32,000 nucleotides of DNA. It comes from Thermosulfurimonas dismutans. Lineage in GTDB: Bacteria > Desulfobacterota > Thermodesulfobacteria > Thermodesulfobacteriales > Thermodesulfobacteriaceae. The notes under the pieces were generated by a model. It saw nothing but the letters and a program-made list of their open reading frames with translations, searched no databases and was not told the DNA's origin. Position 1 is the stretch's first letter. Every line of letters begins with the position of its first letter. The DNA is taken from NCBI RefSeq assembly GCF_001652585.1, contig NZ_LWLG01000008.1, positions 48,620 to 80,619 of the forward strand, written 5' to 3'. This document shows, in pieces, positions 20,126-29,091 of the stretch. The translations under genes and the position numbers were made by a program.

Positions 20126-20571
20126 TAGTTTTCTCCTTTGATTACCTTTACCGGGTCTCCTACGCGCAGGGTGCCGCCCCGGAGGACCTTGGTAAAAATT
20201 CCACGGTTGCGCATTTCACAGCGGCCGACGCGCTGAAAGATGGCGCAACCAGTGTGACACTTCTTGCCGATCTGAGTGACCTCGAAAAGGCATTCTCCGG
20301 CGGCGATCCGATCACCGAGTTCCACCTCGGAAAGGTCTAGGTCCACGGTTACGTTTTCGGCAAGCTCTCCAGGACGAATCTCCCGGCCAACAAGCTCGCG
20401 CATACACTCCAGGGTGGCGGTGTCCAGGAAACTCACCTGTCGATGCCAGTCTCCCCCATGGGCATCGCCCTCCACTCCATAACCTTCAACGATGCGCACC
20501 TCGGGTACGTTTTCCTTGGGAACGCCTTTTTTACGACTTACTGACAGAGCTACGATCCGGCCTTCCACCAT
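20125..20571 (-). CDS. MOSC domain protein
   Basis: 148 aa. GVEGDAHGGDWHRQVSFL and CHTGCAIFQRVG. Abuts the radical SAM start, sharing nt 20125. Confidence 0.8.
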   Translation of the reverse strand: MVEGRIVALSVSRKKGVPKENVPEVRIVEGYGVEGDAHGGDWHRQVSFLDTATLECMRELVGREIRPGELAENVTVDLDLSEVELGDRIAAGECLFEVTQIGKKCHTGCAIFQRVGRCEMRNRGIFTKVLRGGTLRVGDPVKVIKGEN

Positions 20572-20674
20572 CAGCCTCCATAGAAAACGTTTTTGAAATT
20601 AAACTCCATTTTGCAGTTTTCCAGTTTAAAACAAACCGTTTCCAAGTTACGGTAGAAGGCAAATAATTTTTAAT

Positions 20675-21427
20675 TTACTCCCCTCTCACAAAGTTTACCA
20701 GCCGGCCCACGCCCTCCACCTCCACTTCCACTACATCTCCCGGGGCAAGGGGTCCTACGCCAGGCGGAGTACCAGTGGCGATCACGTCCCCAGGATAGAG
20801 GGTCATCACGTATGAGATGAAACTCACTAACTCGGGGACCGGAAAAATAAGGTTGGTGGTGGAAGAATCCTGGCGCAGCTCACCATTCACGTAGGCCCTA
20901 ACTCGAAGATCCGAGGGGTCAAGATCGGTCTCGATCCATGGGCCGATAGGGGCAAAGGTATCAAAACTCTTGGCCCGGGTCCATTGACCGTCTTTCTTTT
21001 GGAGATCCCGGGCGGTGACGTCGTTGAAACAGGTATAACCCAGGATGTATTCCCTGGCCTTCTCGGGAGGAACCTTGCGGGCGGTTTTGCCTATCACCAC
21101 CGCCAGCTCCGCCTCGTAATCCACCCGCCCTACCCCTTGAGGAAGCACTATGTTGTCCTCCGGGCCGATCACCGCTGAGGGGGGTTTTAAAAATATCAGT
21201 GGGGCCTCCGGAAGGGCCATCCCAAGCTCTTCGGCATGATCCCGATAATTGAGACCCACGGCCACGATCTTCGTGGGTAGGGTAGGCGGAAGGACCTGAA
21301 CCTCCTTGATGGAAAGTTCGGTATTCCCCCCAAAGGTGGCCTCATGTCCTGGAAGGGGAAAGATTTTTTCACCCTCAATCCGGCCCCAGGCTTCCTTGTT
21401 CTGCCATCTAAATCGCAAGACCTTCAT
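20675..21427 (-). CDS. Fumarylacetoacetate hydrolase (FAH) family protein
   Basis: VGLNYRDHAEE, YEAELAVVIGK and GDVIATGTPPGVG. The preferred ATG at 21427 (MKVLRF) has GAAAGGGG upstream. The track start at 21511 would overlap the divergent mscS promoter. Confidence 0.88.
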   Translation of the reverse strand: MKVLRFRWQNKEAWGRIEGEKIFPLPGHEATFGGNTELSIKEVQVLPPTLPTKIVAVGLNYRDHAEELGMALPEAPLIFLKPPSAVIGPEDNIVLPQGVGRVDYEAELAVVIGKTARKVPPEKAREYILGYTCFNDVTARDLQKKDGQWTRAKSFDTFAPIGPWIETDLDPSDLRVRAYVNGELRQDSSTTNLIFPVPELVSFISYVMTLYPGDVIATGTPPGVGPLAPGDVVEVEVEGVGRLVNFVRGE

Positions 21428-21488
21428 TAAAGGACCCCTTTCCGGTAATCTTCTGGTAAGATTACAGCAAATCTTAAAGGCCGTTAAG

Positions 21489-22400
21489 ATGGAAACGCTG
21501 TCTCTTTTCAAAAAAGGGCTCTATTTTTCACTTATTGAAATAGGAGGGGTAAAGATTACCCTCTTTGCCCTCCTCAAATTTGGCCTCATCCTGATATTAG
21601 GGATCATAGCCCTCAGATTCTTTCGGAGGAGGCTCCAACGCTTTTTGTCCGGGAAGCTTACCCTTCCCCCTGGGGCCCTAAATTCTACAGTGACCTTGTT
21701 TTATTACTTCTTCCTGGTGCTTCTCGTTCTGGTAGCCCTTTCTACTATTGGCATAAACCTCACCCAAATTGGTTTCCTTCTAGGAGCCTTTGGAGTGGGT
21801 ATCGGTTTCGGGCTTCAAACCATCGCTAACAACTTCATCTCCGGGCTGATCCTTTTAGGAGAACGGAGCCTAAAGGTAGACGACCTGGTGGAACTGGAAG
21901 ATGGTACTCTAGGAATAGTAAAGGAGATAAACATCCGCTCCACCATCATCCGTACCTTCGACGGTCAGGACCTGATCGTACCAAACTCGGAGTTCATCTC
22001 CAAACGTATCTCCACCTGGACCTATGGAGACGACTGGAGGAGGATCCATATTCCTTTCGGGGTGGCTTACGGAAGCGACCCCGAAAAGGTCAAGAAGGTG
22101 GTCACGGAGGCCGCTCGCAAGGTGCCTCTTACCGAAGAGGACTCTGAGCATCCTATAAGGGTATGGTTCATCGGTTTCGGAGATAGCAGTTTAGAGTTCG
22201 CCCTGGTGGTTTGGATAAGACAGTCCCAGACTCAGAGGGCCCTTACCGGTATCAAAAGCGATTACTATTACGCCATTCACCGGGCCCTTGTCGAGGCCGG
22301 CATCGAGATTCCTTTCCCGCAAAGGGATATCCACTTCAAGAGCATAAGTCCAGAACTCACCGAGAGTCTTCGAAATCTATGGAGGGAGCAGCATGGCTAA
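21489..22400 (+). CDS. mscS: MscS-family mechanosensitive channel
   Basis: TM helices are followed by IANNFISGLILLGERSLKVDDLVEL...IVPNSEF. The preferred ATG at 21489 gives METLSLF. The track start at 21306 runs antisense through the FAH gene. Confidence 0.88.
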   Translation: METLSLFKKGLYFSLIEIGGVKITLFALLKFGLILILGIIALRFFRRRLQRFLSGKLTLPPGALNSTVTLFYYFFLVLLVLVALSTIGINLTQIGFLLGAFGVGIGFGLQTIANNFISGLILLGERSLKVDDLVELEDGTLGIVKEINIRSTIIRTFDGQDLIVPNSEFISKRISTWTYGDDWRRIHIPFGVAYGSDPEKVKKVVTEAARKVPLTEEDSEHPIRVWFIGFGDSSLEFALVVWIRQSQTQRALTGIKSDYYYAIHRALVEAGIEIPFPQRDIHFKSISPELTESLRNLWREQHG

Positions 22401-23217
22401 AGACTATTTTGAGCGGGTGGAGACCGCCAGGAGTTTTCTTGAAGAAAGACTTCCCTTTATCCCCGAGATCTTGCTCATTCTCGGGACTGGTCTTTCAGGC
22501 GTAGGGGAAAAAGTTGTGCCCGAGGTGGTCATTCCCTATCGCGAGATTCCGCATTTTCCGGTCTCAACTGTCGAAAGCCATGCCGGAGAGCTAGTGGTAG
22601 GACATCTGGCAGGGAAAAGCGTAGCGGCCTTCCGCGGTCGTTTTCATTACTACGAAGGGTATTCTACCAAGGAGATCACTTTGCCCCTGCGGGTGATGAG
22701 CCTCCTTGGGGTCAAAATCCTCATCGTTTCCAACGCCGCCGGAGGTCTCAATCTGGCCTTCAGACCCGGAGACCTGATGCTTATCCGTGATCACATAAAC
22801 CTCATCCCCGATAACCCCCTGCGCGGTCCCAATCGTGACGAATGGGGGCCTCGTTTTCCGGATCTCTCGGAGGCCTACAGTTCGAGGCTGCGCGAGCTCT
22901 TTAAGGCCTGCGCCCAGGACCTAGGAGAAGAAATCCGGGAAGGGATCTATGTGGCCGTACCGGGACCGAGTCTAGAGACTCCGGCCGAAACCCGATTCCT
23001 CAGAATGATAGGAGCGGACGCCGTGGGCATGTCCACCGTACCTGAGGTCATCGTGGCCGTACACGCTGGAATAGAGGTTCTCGGTCTTTCGGTCATTGCC
23101 AACGTCAACGATCCGGACAACTTTCAACCCATCCTCCTTGAGGAGGTCATTGCCCAGGCCAAAGCCGCTGAAGCCCGACTTACCCGGCTGGTGGAAAAAT
23201 TCGTGGAGAAACTCTAG
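22393..23217 (+). CDS. punA: Purine nucleoside phosphorylase (trimeric PNP/MTAP family)
   Basis: GRFHYYEGY, SNAAGGLN and VGMSTVPEVIVA. Overlaps the mscS end by 8 nt. Confidence 0.9.
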   Translation: MAKDYFERVETARSFLEERLPFIPEILLILGTGLSGVGEKVVPEVVIPYREIPHFPVSTVESHAGELVVGHLAGKSVAAFRGRFHYYEGYSTKEITLPLRVMSLLGVKILIVSNAAGGLNLAFRPGDLMLIRDHINLIPDNPLRGPNRDEWGPRFPDLSEAYSSRLRELFKACAQDLGEEIREGIYVAVPGPSLETPAETRFLRMIGADAVGMSTVPEVIVAVHAGIEVLGLSVIANVNDPDNFQPILLEEVIAQAKAAEARLTRLVEKFVEKL

Positions 23218-23219
23218 CC

Positions 23220-24695
23220 ATGGCCGAACTCCTCATCAACTACGCCCCCTATGAAACCCGGGTAGCCCTGGTGGAAGAAGGACAGGTGGTGGAATTCCAT
23301 GTAGAGCGTCCAAAAGAAAAGGGGGTGGTGGGCAATATCTACAAGGGCCGAGTGGTGCGAGTGCTTCCGGGCATGAAGGCCGCCTTCGTGGAGGTAGGGC
23401 TTTCCCGTACAGCCTTTCTTTACGGTGGAGACTTCTTGCCGGTGCTTGAGAGCGAAGAACTTTTCGGAGAAGCCGGAGTGGTTCCAGAAAAGGCCCTCTG
23501 CGAGGTGCTGAAGGAGGGGCAAGAAATACTGGTTCAGGTCATAAAGGAACCCGTAGGGAGCAAAGGAGCTCGACTTTCTACTAACATCACCCTTCCGGGC
23601 CATTATCTGGTCTATTTACCCTACATGGGCCATATCGGGGTCTCCCGCAAGATAAAGGACGAGACCGAAAGGGAACGTCTGCGGATGATGGTGGAGGAAT
23701 TGCGTCCGGAAGGCACAGGTTGGATCGTACGCACCGCGGCCGAGGGAGCCACTGCCGAAGAAATCCGTCCGGAAATGGACTTCCTTCTTTCCTTATGGGA
23801 AGAAATCTCGGCCCGGGCAGAAAAGACCAAGGCCCCGGCCTTGGTGTACGAAGACCTCGATGCCAGTCTTCGGGCCGTCCGAGACCTCCTTACCCGGGAA
23901 GTCTCCTCGGTGGTCATAGACGACCGGGAGGAGTACGAAAAGATCCTCTCCTTTCTCTCCCGGGCCGCCCCCCACCTCAAGGGTTGCGTAAGATTGCACG
24001 AAGGCCCCCGAGGCCTCTTTGAAACCTACGGTCTTGAGGTGGACCCGAAAAGGTTGCTTTCGCCGAAGGTCTGGCTCAAATCCGGGGGCTTCATCGTGAT
24101 AGAGCCCTGTGAGGCCTTTACGGCCATCGACGTGAACACTGGCCGTTACGTAGGCCGGAAAGACCTTGAAGAAACGGTCTTCAAGACCAACCTTGAAGCC
24201 GCCCGCGAGATTGCCTATCAGTTGAGACTTCGAAACATCGGCGGTCTCATCGTGATCGACTTCATAGACATGGAAAACCCTGAACACCGGGAGGAAGTCT
24301 ATCAGGTTCTCAAAGAAGCCTTGAAGCGAGATCGAGCTAAGACCGCCGTCAAACCCATCTCCGATTTCGGATTACTTGAGATGACCCGTGAACGTCGACG
24401 GGAATCTCTTTACGAAGTCTTTCTGGAAAGGTGTCCCCACTGCGGAGGCGAGGGCCGAACAAAGAGCCGGCGCACCATCTGTTACGAGATCCTCCGGCGG
24501 ATTGAACGTATGGGGCCCCACATACGGGGAAAAATCCTGGAAATACGTCTGAACCCCGAGCTTGCGGAATTTTTCACCGAAGAGATGGATTTTTTGAGTG
24601 AGCTCGAGAAGACTTACCACTTCGAGCTAGAGCTCAGCCCGGAAAACGAAATGTCGCTTACGGAATACAAATTCCACATCAAAAACCCGAGCTAA
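23220..24695 (+). CDS. rng: Ribonuclease G/E family (Rne/Rng)
   Basis: The S1 domain has GNIYKGRVVRVLPGMKAAFVEVG. The catalytic core has AIDVNTG and GGLIVIDFIDM, plus a Zn-link CPHCGG. Confidence 0.93.
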   Translation: MAELLINYAPYETRVALVEEGQVVEFHVERPKEKGVVGNIYKGRVVRVLPGMKAAFVEVGLSRTAFLYGGDFLPVLESEELFGEAGVVPEKALCEVLKEGQEILVQVIKEPVGSKGARLSTNITLPGHYLVYLPYMGHIGVSRKIKDETERERLRMMVEELRPEGTGWIVRTAAEGATAEEIRPEMDFLLSLWEEISARAEKTKAPALVYEDLDASLRAVRDLLTREVSSVVIDDREEYEKILSFLSRAAPHLKGCVRLHEGPRGLFETYGLEVDPKRLLSPKVWLKSGGFIVIEPCEAFTAIDVNTGRYVGRKDLEETVFKTNLEAAREIAYQLRLRNIGGLIVIDFIDMENPEHREEVYQVLKEALKRDRAKTAVKPISDFGLLEMTRERRRESLYEVFLERCPHCGGEGRTKSRRTICYEILRRIERMGPHIRGKILEIRLNPELAEFFTEEMDFLSELEKTYHFELELSPENEMSLTEYKFHIKNPS

Positions 24696-25522
24696 GGCTC
24701 GAAGAAATCTCCGGGATAAAGCACCCTTGCGGGAAGACCACGGCTTCGAGCCTCTTCAAGAAATCGTTGAGGAGGTTCGTGGGGAGGCTCGTCTCCCAAA
24801 AGGTAGGCCCCCCAGTGTATGGGTATCGCAAGCCGAGCCTTTAGGTCCAAGGCCGCTTGCACAGCCTCTTCAGGGTTCATGTGGAAGGGGGCCATTAGAG
24901 ATCTAGGCTCGTAGGCCCCACAAGGTAGAAGAGCGAGGTCAAAAGGCCCAAACTCCTCGCCAATCTCCTTAAAACCTTCAAAGTAGCCGGTATCTCCTCC
25001 AAAAAAGAGCCGTAAACCATCTATCTCCACCAAATAGCCTGTCCAGAGGCTGGTGTTGTAGTCGAAAAGGCCCCGCTGGGCCCAGTGCTGAACCGGGAGC
25101 GAGACCACCCGAACCCCGGAGATCAAGCTCTCGGAGAGCCAGTCAAGCTCAAGGCTTCCATTTCCGCGCAAGTAACGGCCGGCTCCGAGTGGCAAAACAA
25201 TCCGAGGAGAGCCGGGTAGTCTTTTTAGGCTGGGCAGATCTAGGTGATCCCGGTGAGCGTGGGAAACCAAAACCAGATCTACCGGAGGTAATTCCTCGGG
25301 AAGGATAGGCGCAGGGATACGGCGCCTCATCACGCCCCCAATGGTCCCGAATATGGGATCGAAGAGGATGGACTTGCCCTTTAGACTCAACCAGACTGTA
25401 TTGTGGCCTAGAAAACAAAGGACTTCTCGGCCTGCGATTTTATCGAACTCCAGCTTCTTTACCGGAATAGAGAAACGGCGAGGAAATCGTCTTTCAACCA
25501 GACGGGAGGCCTTCCATTTCAA
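24692..25522 (-). CDS. MBL-fold metallo-hydrolase (NAPE-PLD-like subfamily); the conserved N-terminus continues upstream of the first in-frame start
   Basis: Contains VSHAHRDHLD. The track start is TTG 25522. The same frame is open up to 25675 and encodes EKRHHLPGGRFTNPWFEGEGPALKDIL, which resembles the usual N-terminus of this family, yet contains no ATG/GTG/TTG. Confidence 0.85.
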   Translation of the reverse strand: MKWKASRLVERRFPRRFSIPVKKLEFDKIAGREVLCFLGHNTVWLSLKGKSILFDPIFGTIGGVMRRRIPAPILPEELPPVDLVLVSHAHRDHLDLPSLKRLPGSPRIVLPLGAGRYLRGNGSLELDWLSESLISGVRVVSLPVQHWAQRGLFDYNTSLWTGYLVEIDGLRLFFGGDTGYFEGFKEIGEEFGPFDLALLPCGAYEPRSLMAPFHMNPEEAVQAALDLKARLAIPIHWGAYLLGDEPPHEPPQRFLEEARSRGLPARVLYPGDFFEP

Positions 25523-25610
25523 AATATCCTTGAGGGCCGGTCCCTCACCTTCAAACCAGGGATTGGTGAACCGGCCCCCAGGAAGGTGATGTCGTTTTTC
25601 GGCCGCAAGC

Positions 25611-27449
25611 TCAAGCGGTCCCTTCCTCGTCTTCCTCCTCCATGCGCATGAGTTCCTTAAAGCGGATGTCCATCCCTAAGATGCCTATGATCTCCTCATA
25701 TCGATCCCGAATGGGCGCCGAAACCGTAAGACAGAGGGCCCCGGTAACTTTGGAGGTATAGAAATCTGAGACGTAGACCTTGCCAGTCCGGAAGGGCTCG
25801 ATAAACCAGGGACGATCCGAGTAGTCTTCATCTTTCAGGAGATGCTCATAACGCCCGCGGTCCTCCACATGGGTGATGAGAGGCGTCAGGCGTCGTCCCT
25901 CATTGTTCACCACATAGATGAATTGAATATAAGGATGTTCTTCGAGAAACTCCCGTAGGACCGGGACGATCTTATCCGGATCCATGGAGCAGATTTCGGG
26001 CCTTTCGGCAAGCTCTTCGGCCAGCGAAGAAAGCAAGCGCTCGGCCCTGGCCTTCATGCGGTCGAGGTCGGAGACGAAAAGTTCCGGTATGTACTTTCGA
26101 ACGAGATGCATCATCTCCTCGTTCGAGATAGAAGTGATGCGCCCAGCCTCGTACTGCTTGATGATCTGCTTGTAGATCTTGGCCACCCCCGGATGACGCT
26201 TGTCTATCTGGCGGTCGCCCTTGAGGTGGAAGTGAGTGTTGATCCAGTAGGCGATGCCGGCGGTCCCGCTCTTGTCGGTGATGATGATCCCGATGGGACG
26301 CTTGAGGAGCTTCTTGGTGTCAAAGGGGTTGTAGATCTCCTCGTTCTTGAGGATACCGTCAATGTGAATACCGGCCCGGGTCGCATTAAACTCCGAGCCT
26401 ACCAAAGGCTGGTTAGGCGGTATCTTCTCGCCTAGAACCTCTCGATAGTAGTCTGCAATATCGGTAATCACGGTAGTGTCAACTCCGTTGTGGGTCCCAC
26501 GAAGGGCGATGTATTCGAAAATCATGGCCTCAAGCGGGGTGTTCCCGGTACGCTCACCGAAGCCCAGGAGGGCACAGTTCACAGCCGCACAGCCGTAAAG
26601 CCAGGCCGTGGTGGGGTTGATCACGGCCTTGTAGAAGTCGTTGTGTCCGTGCCATTCAAGGAGTTCTCCAGGAACTCCAGCCTCCTCAATGAAGGCCCTT
26701 ACCAGCTTCGGCACACTCCTCGGAAGAGCGGCTTCCGGGAAGGGCACCCCCAACCCTAGGGTATCGCAAAGCCTGATCTTGATGTCAATCCCGGACTCTT
26801 CCCGAAGTTTCATGAGTTCGATGGCAAAGGGAATCACAAAACCGAAAATGTCGGCCCGGGTAATGTCTTCGAAATGACACCGGGGAGTAATACCCAGCGA
26901 TAGGGCCTCCTTCACAATGGCTAGGTAATCCTCCAGGGCCTGGCGACGAGTCTTCTTGAGCTTGAGGAAGATGTGGTAATCAGAACAGGAAGTAAGGATG
27001 CCTGTTTCCTTGAGACCCATCTCCTTTACCAGTTTAAGGTCCTCGGCCTTGGCCCGAATCCAGCCGGTAACCTCGGGATAGCGGTATCCCAGGGCCAGGC
27101 ACTTTTCGACCGCTTCCCGGTCCTTCTGGGTATACAGGAAAAACTCGCACTGACGCACCACGCCGTTCGGACCACCGAGTTTATGCAAGAATTTGTAGAT
27201 ATCAACGATCTGTTCCACGGTGTAAGGGGGCCGGGCCTGCTGGCCGTCACGGAAGGTAGTGTCCGTAATCCAGATCTCCCGGGCCGGATCCGGTGGCACG
27301 TAACGATGATCGAATTCAATGTACGGAACATCCGTATACGGAAAGATCTCTTTCATGAGATTAGGTTCAGGGATGTCCTTCAATTCAGGCCGCCAAAATT
27401 TAGTGTGTACATGCTCAAGGAGCTTTTTTTCCGGATTCCACCTGGGCAT
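25611..27449 (-). CDS. HMGL-like (DRE-TIM) acyl-CoA condensing enzyme, Re-citrate synthase / isopropylmalate synthase-like, fused to a C-terminal Cache-like domain
   Basis: WITDTTFRDGQQA, HFEDITRAD and EWHGHNDF are the metal/substrate motifs of the IPMS/homocitrate/Re-citrate synthase family. The last ~130 aa, HPYIQFIYVVNNEGR...DYSDRPWFIEPFRTGKVYVSDFYTSKVTGALCLTVSAPIRD...IIGILGMDIRF, resemble the Cache/PDC sensor signature. Confidence 0.85.
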   Translation of the reverse strand: MPRWNPEKKLLEHVHTKFWRPELKDIPEPNLMKEIFPYTDVPYIEFDHRYVPPDPAREIWITDTTFRDGQQARPPYTVEQIVDIYKFLHKLGGPNGVVRQCEFFLYTQKDREAVEKCLALGYRYPEVTGWIRAKAEDLKLVKEMGLKETGILTSCSDYHIFLKLKKTRRQALEDYLAIVKEALSLGITPRCHFEDITRADIFGFVIPFAIELMKLREESGIDIKIRLCDTLGLGVPFPEAALPRSVPKLVRAFIEEAGVPGELLEWHGHNDFYKAVINPTTAWLYGCAAVNCALLGFGERTGNTPLEAMIFEYIALRGTHNGVDTTVITDIADYYREVLGEKIPPNQPLVGSEFNATRAGIHIDGILKNEEIYNPFDTKKLLKRPIGIIITDKSGTAGIAYWINTHFHLKGDRQIDKRHPGVAKIYKQIIKQYEAGRITSISNEEMMHLVRKYIPELFVSDLDRMKARAERLLSSLAEELAERPEICSMDPDKIVPVLREFLEEHPYIQFIYVVNNEGRRLTPLITHVEDRGRYEHLLKDEDYSDRPWFIEPFRTGKVYVSDFYTSKVTGALCLTVSAPIRDRYEEIIGILGMDIRFKELMRMEEEDEEGTA

Positions 27450-27510
27450 AGAAAACCTCCTTCCTGAGAGTCCTTCTCACCTTAACACAAGAAAGCCTAT
27501 CTTGCGAGTT

Positions 27511-28074
27511 TCAGCGACGATATAGATTAAAGTATTCAATAACCTGGTTCACGTATCTACGGGTCTCGGGATAGGGAGGAATATCTCCGTAGCGCCTCAC
27601 CGCCTCCGGGCCAGCATGATAAGCTGCCAGAGCTTTCCTGAGATCTCCGAATTCAAGAAGGAGTCTCTTGAGAAACCGGGCCGCGCCCTCAAGGTTCTCG
27701 CGGGGATCAAAGGGATTTTTAACCCCTACCATTTCTGCAGTCTTCGGCATGAGCTGCATGAGTCCCAAAGCCCCTTTATGAGAAACCGCCCTAGGATTGA
27801 AGTCGGACTCCACTCGGGCCACGGCCTTGAGCAGCGCCGGATCAAGCCCCTGCCTCCGGCCCACTTCCTCAAAAAGGGCTTCCCACTTAGAGTTAGGCTG
27901 TTTTTTGGTCTTCGGTGTTCGCAAATAGAGCTTCCAGCCCGACCCCAGCGGAACGTTAGTAAAATAGAGGCGCCCAGATTCATCCACATAGCGATAAATA
28001 TCCGCCTGGGCCGAAAGGGTCAGAACCCAAAAGATCAGGAAGAACCCACTTCCTTTAAGAACTTTTCCCGACAT
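27511..28074 (-). CDS. Lytic transglycosylase (SLT domain) with signal peptide and a DUF4124-like N-terminal segment
   Basis: The signal peptide is FFLIFWVLTLSAQA, followed by IYRYVDESGRLYFTN. The SLT motif is VARVESDFNPRAVSHKGALGLMQL. Confidence 0.88.
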   Translation of the reverse strand: MSGKVLKGSGFFLIFWVLTLSAQADIYRYVDESGRLYFTNVPLGSGWKLYLRTPKTKKQPNSKWEALFEEVGRRQGLDPALLKAVARVESDFNPRAVSHKGALGLMQLMPKTAEMVGVKNPFDPRENLEGAARFLKRLLLEFGDLRKALAAYHAGPEAVRRYGDIPPYPETRRYVNQVIEYFNLYRR

Positions 28075-28301
28075 TGCGGGCTACAGAAATGATAAACTTT
28101 ATTATTGTATTTCAATTTATAAGACGAACGCTTGGCGCAGTAAACCCCGCAAACCGGGTCTTTGACCAGTTCGTCGGAAAGGGGGGTTACCCTTTCCTCT
28201 CTCCCTTTTCTTCCGAACAAGACCTTGAGATCGTTTATCAGGCCTTTGGCCGCCCAAAGGACAAGAAGTACCAAGATGAGGAGCAGTATCAGCCGTATCA
28301 T
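28035..28301 (-). CDS. YHS/TRASH-domain small membrane protein
   Basis: N-terminal TM segment is MIRLILLLILVLLVLWA, followed by DPVCGVY...HFCSPQCREKF. Overlaps the SLT gene by 40 nt. Confidence 0.7.
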   Translation of the reverse strand: MIRLILLLILVLLVLWAAKGLINDLKVLFGRKGREERVTPLSDELVKDPVCGVYCAKRSSYKLKYNNKVYHFCSPQCREKFLKEVGSS

Positions 28302-28302
28302 T

Positions 28303-28485
28303 TTACTTCACCGGAGGTATACCCAAATCTTTACAGATCTTTCTAGTCAACTGATCACTTATTTCCGTATGCCGCGGGACCACTGATCTCCGATTTAGCT
28401 TCGGATTCCACCACCAAGAATGCTTAACACCCTCCCTCAGCAACTCACAACCATTGGCATTTCCTATATCCAGCCTATCCACCAA
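28303..28485 (-). CDS. HicA-like toxin ORF (TTG start; possibly frameshifted or degenerate)
   Basis: NGCELLREGVKHSWWWNP...RRSVVPRHTEISDQLTRKICKDLGIP resembles the HicA/YcfA pattern G-x-E-L-x-R-(x)GSH ... VP-x-H-x-E-I ... I-x-K-x-L-G-I. An out-of-frame 24-codon ORF (28464-28538, MRRKLDRYFTAVIKRDGDWWIGWI) overlaps its 5' end. I saw no hicB partner. Confidence 0.4.
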   Translation of the reverse strand: MVDRLDIGNANGCELLREGVKHSWWWNPKLNRRSVVPRHTEISDQLTRKICKDLGIPPVK

Positions 28486-28570
28486 TCTCCATCTCTTTTA
28501 ATCACCGCCGTAAAATAACGATCTAATTTTCTACGCATAGCTCGATCCTCACTTAGAGTCTTTCCCAAAA

Positions 28571-29041
28571 TTACTCCTTACCCTTGAGGCCGGCAATTGA
28601 AAGGCCAAGCGAACCCAGACAGCATACCTCCTGGCCGGGATCGAGGCCCCGAAGGAGTTCCTGTACGGTCCGGCCGAGGATCGGATGTCTCAGATCCGGA
28701 GCGATTTCGGCAAGCGGAGCCAACACAAAGGCCCTTTCGTGGAGACGCGGATGAGGCACCCGCACCCACTTTTCATCAATAACCTCCTCATCATAAAAAA
28801 GAAGATCTAGATCCACCACTCGATCGGAAAGGCCTCCGCTTCGCACGCGACCCAGGCGCATTTCGATTTCAAGCCCCCGGGTTACCAATTCCCAAGGCGA
28901 AAGGGACGTAAGTACCGAAACCACCAGGTTATAGAACCAGTTATTTGAGGTAAACCCCACCGGTTCGGTGAGATAGACTGAGGAGATCACCTGCGGAAAG
29001 ACCCCGGGCGTCATAAAAAGGAGATCCAGGGCCCGTTTCAA
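28571..29041 (-). CDS. folK: HPPK (2-amino-4-hydroxy-6-hydroxymethyldihydropterin pyrophosphokinase); the conserved N-terminus continues upstream of the first canonical start
   Basis: DLDLLFY and PHPRLHERAFVLAPLAEI. The track start is TTG 29041. The frame is open to 29128 and encodes ...PLAKAYLGLGSNLGNRAENL, which includes the HPPK LGSNLG strand, with no ATG/GTG/TTG. Confidence 0.85.
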   Translation of the reverse strand: MKRALDLLFMTPGVFPQVISSVYLTEPVGFTSNNWFYNLVVSVLTSLSPWELVTRGLEIEMRLGRVRSGGLSDRVVDLDLLFYDEEVIDEKWVRVPHPRLHERAFVLAPLAEIAPDLRHPILGRTVQELLRGLDPGQEVCCLGSLGLSIAGLKGKE

Positions 29042-29091
29042 GTTTTCGGCCCGGTTCCCCAGGTTCGAACCTAGGCCAAGATAGGCTTTTG

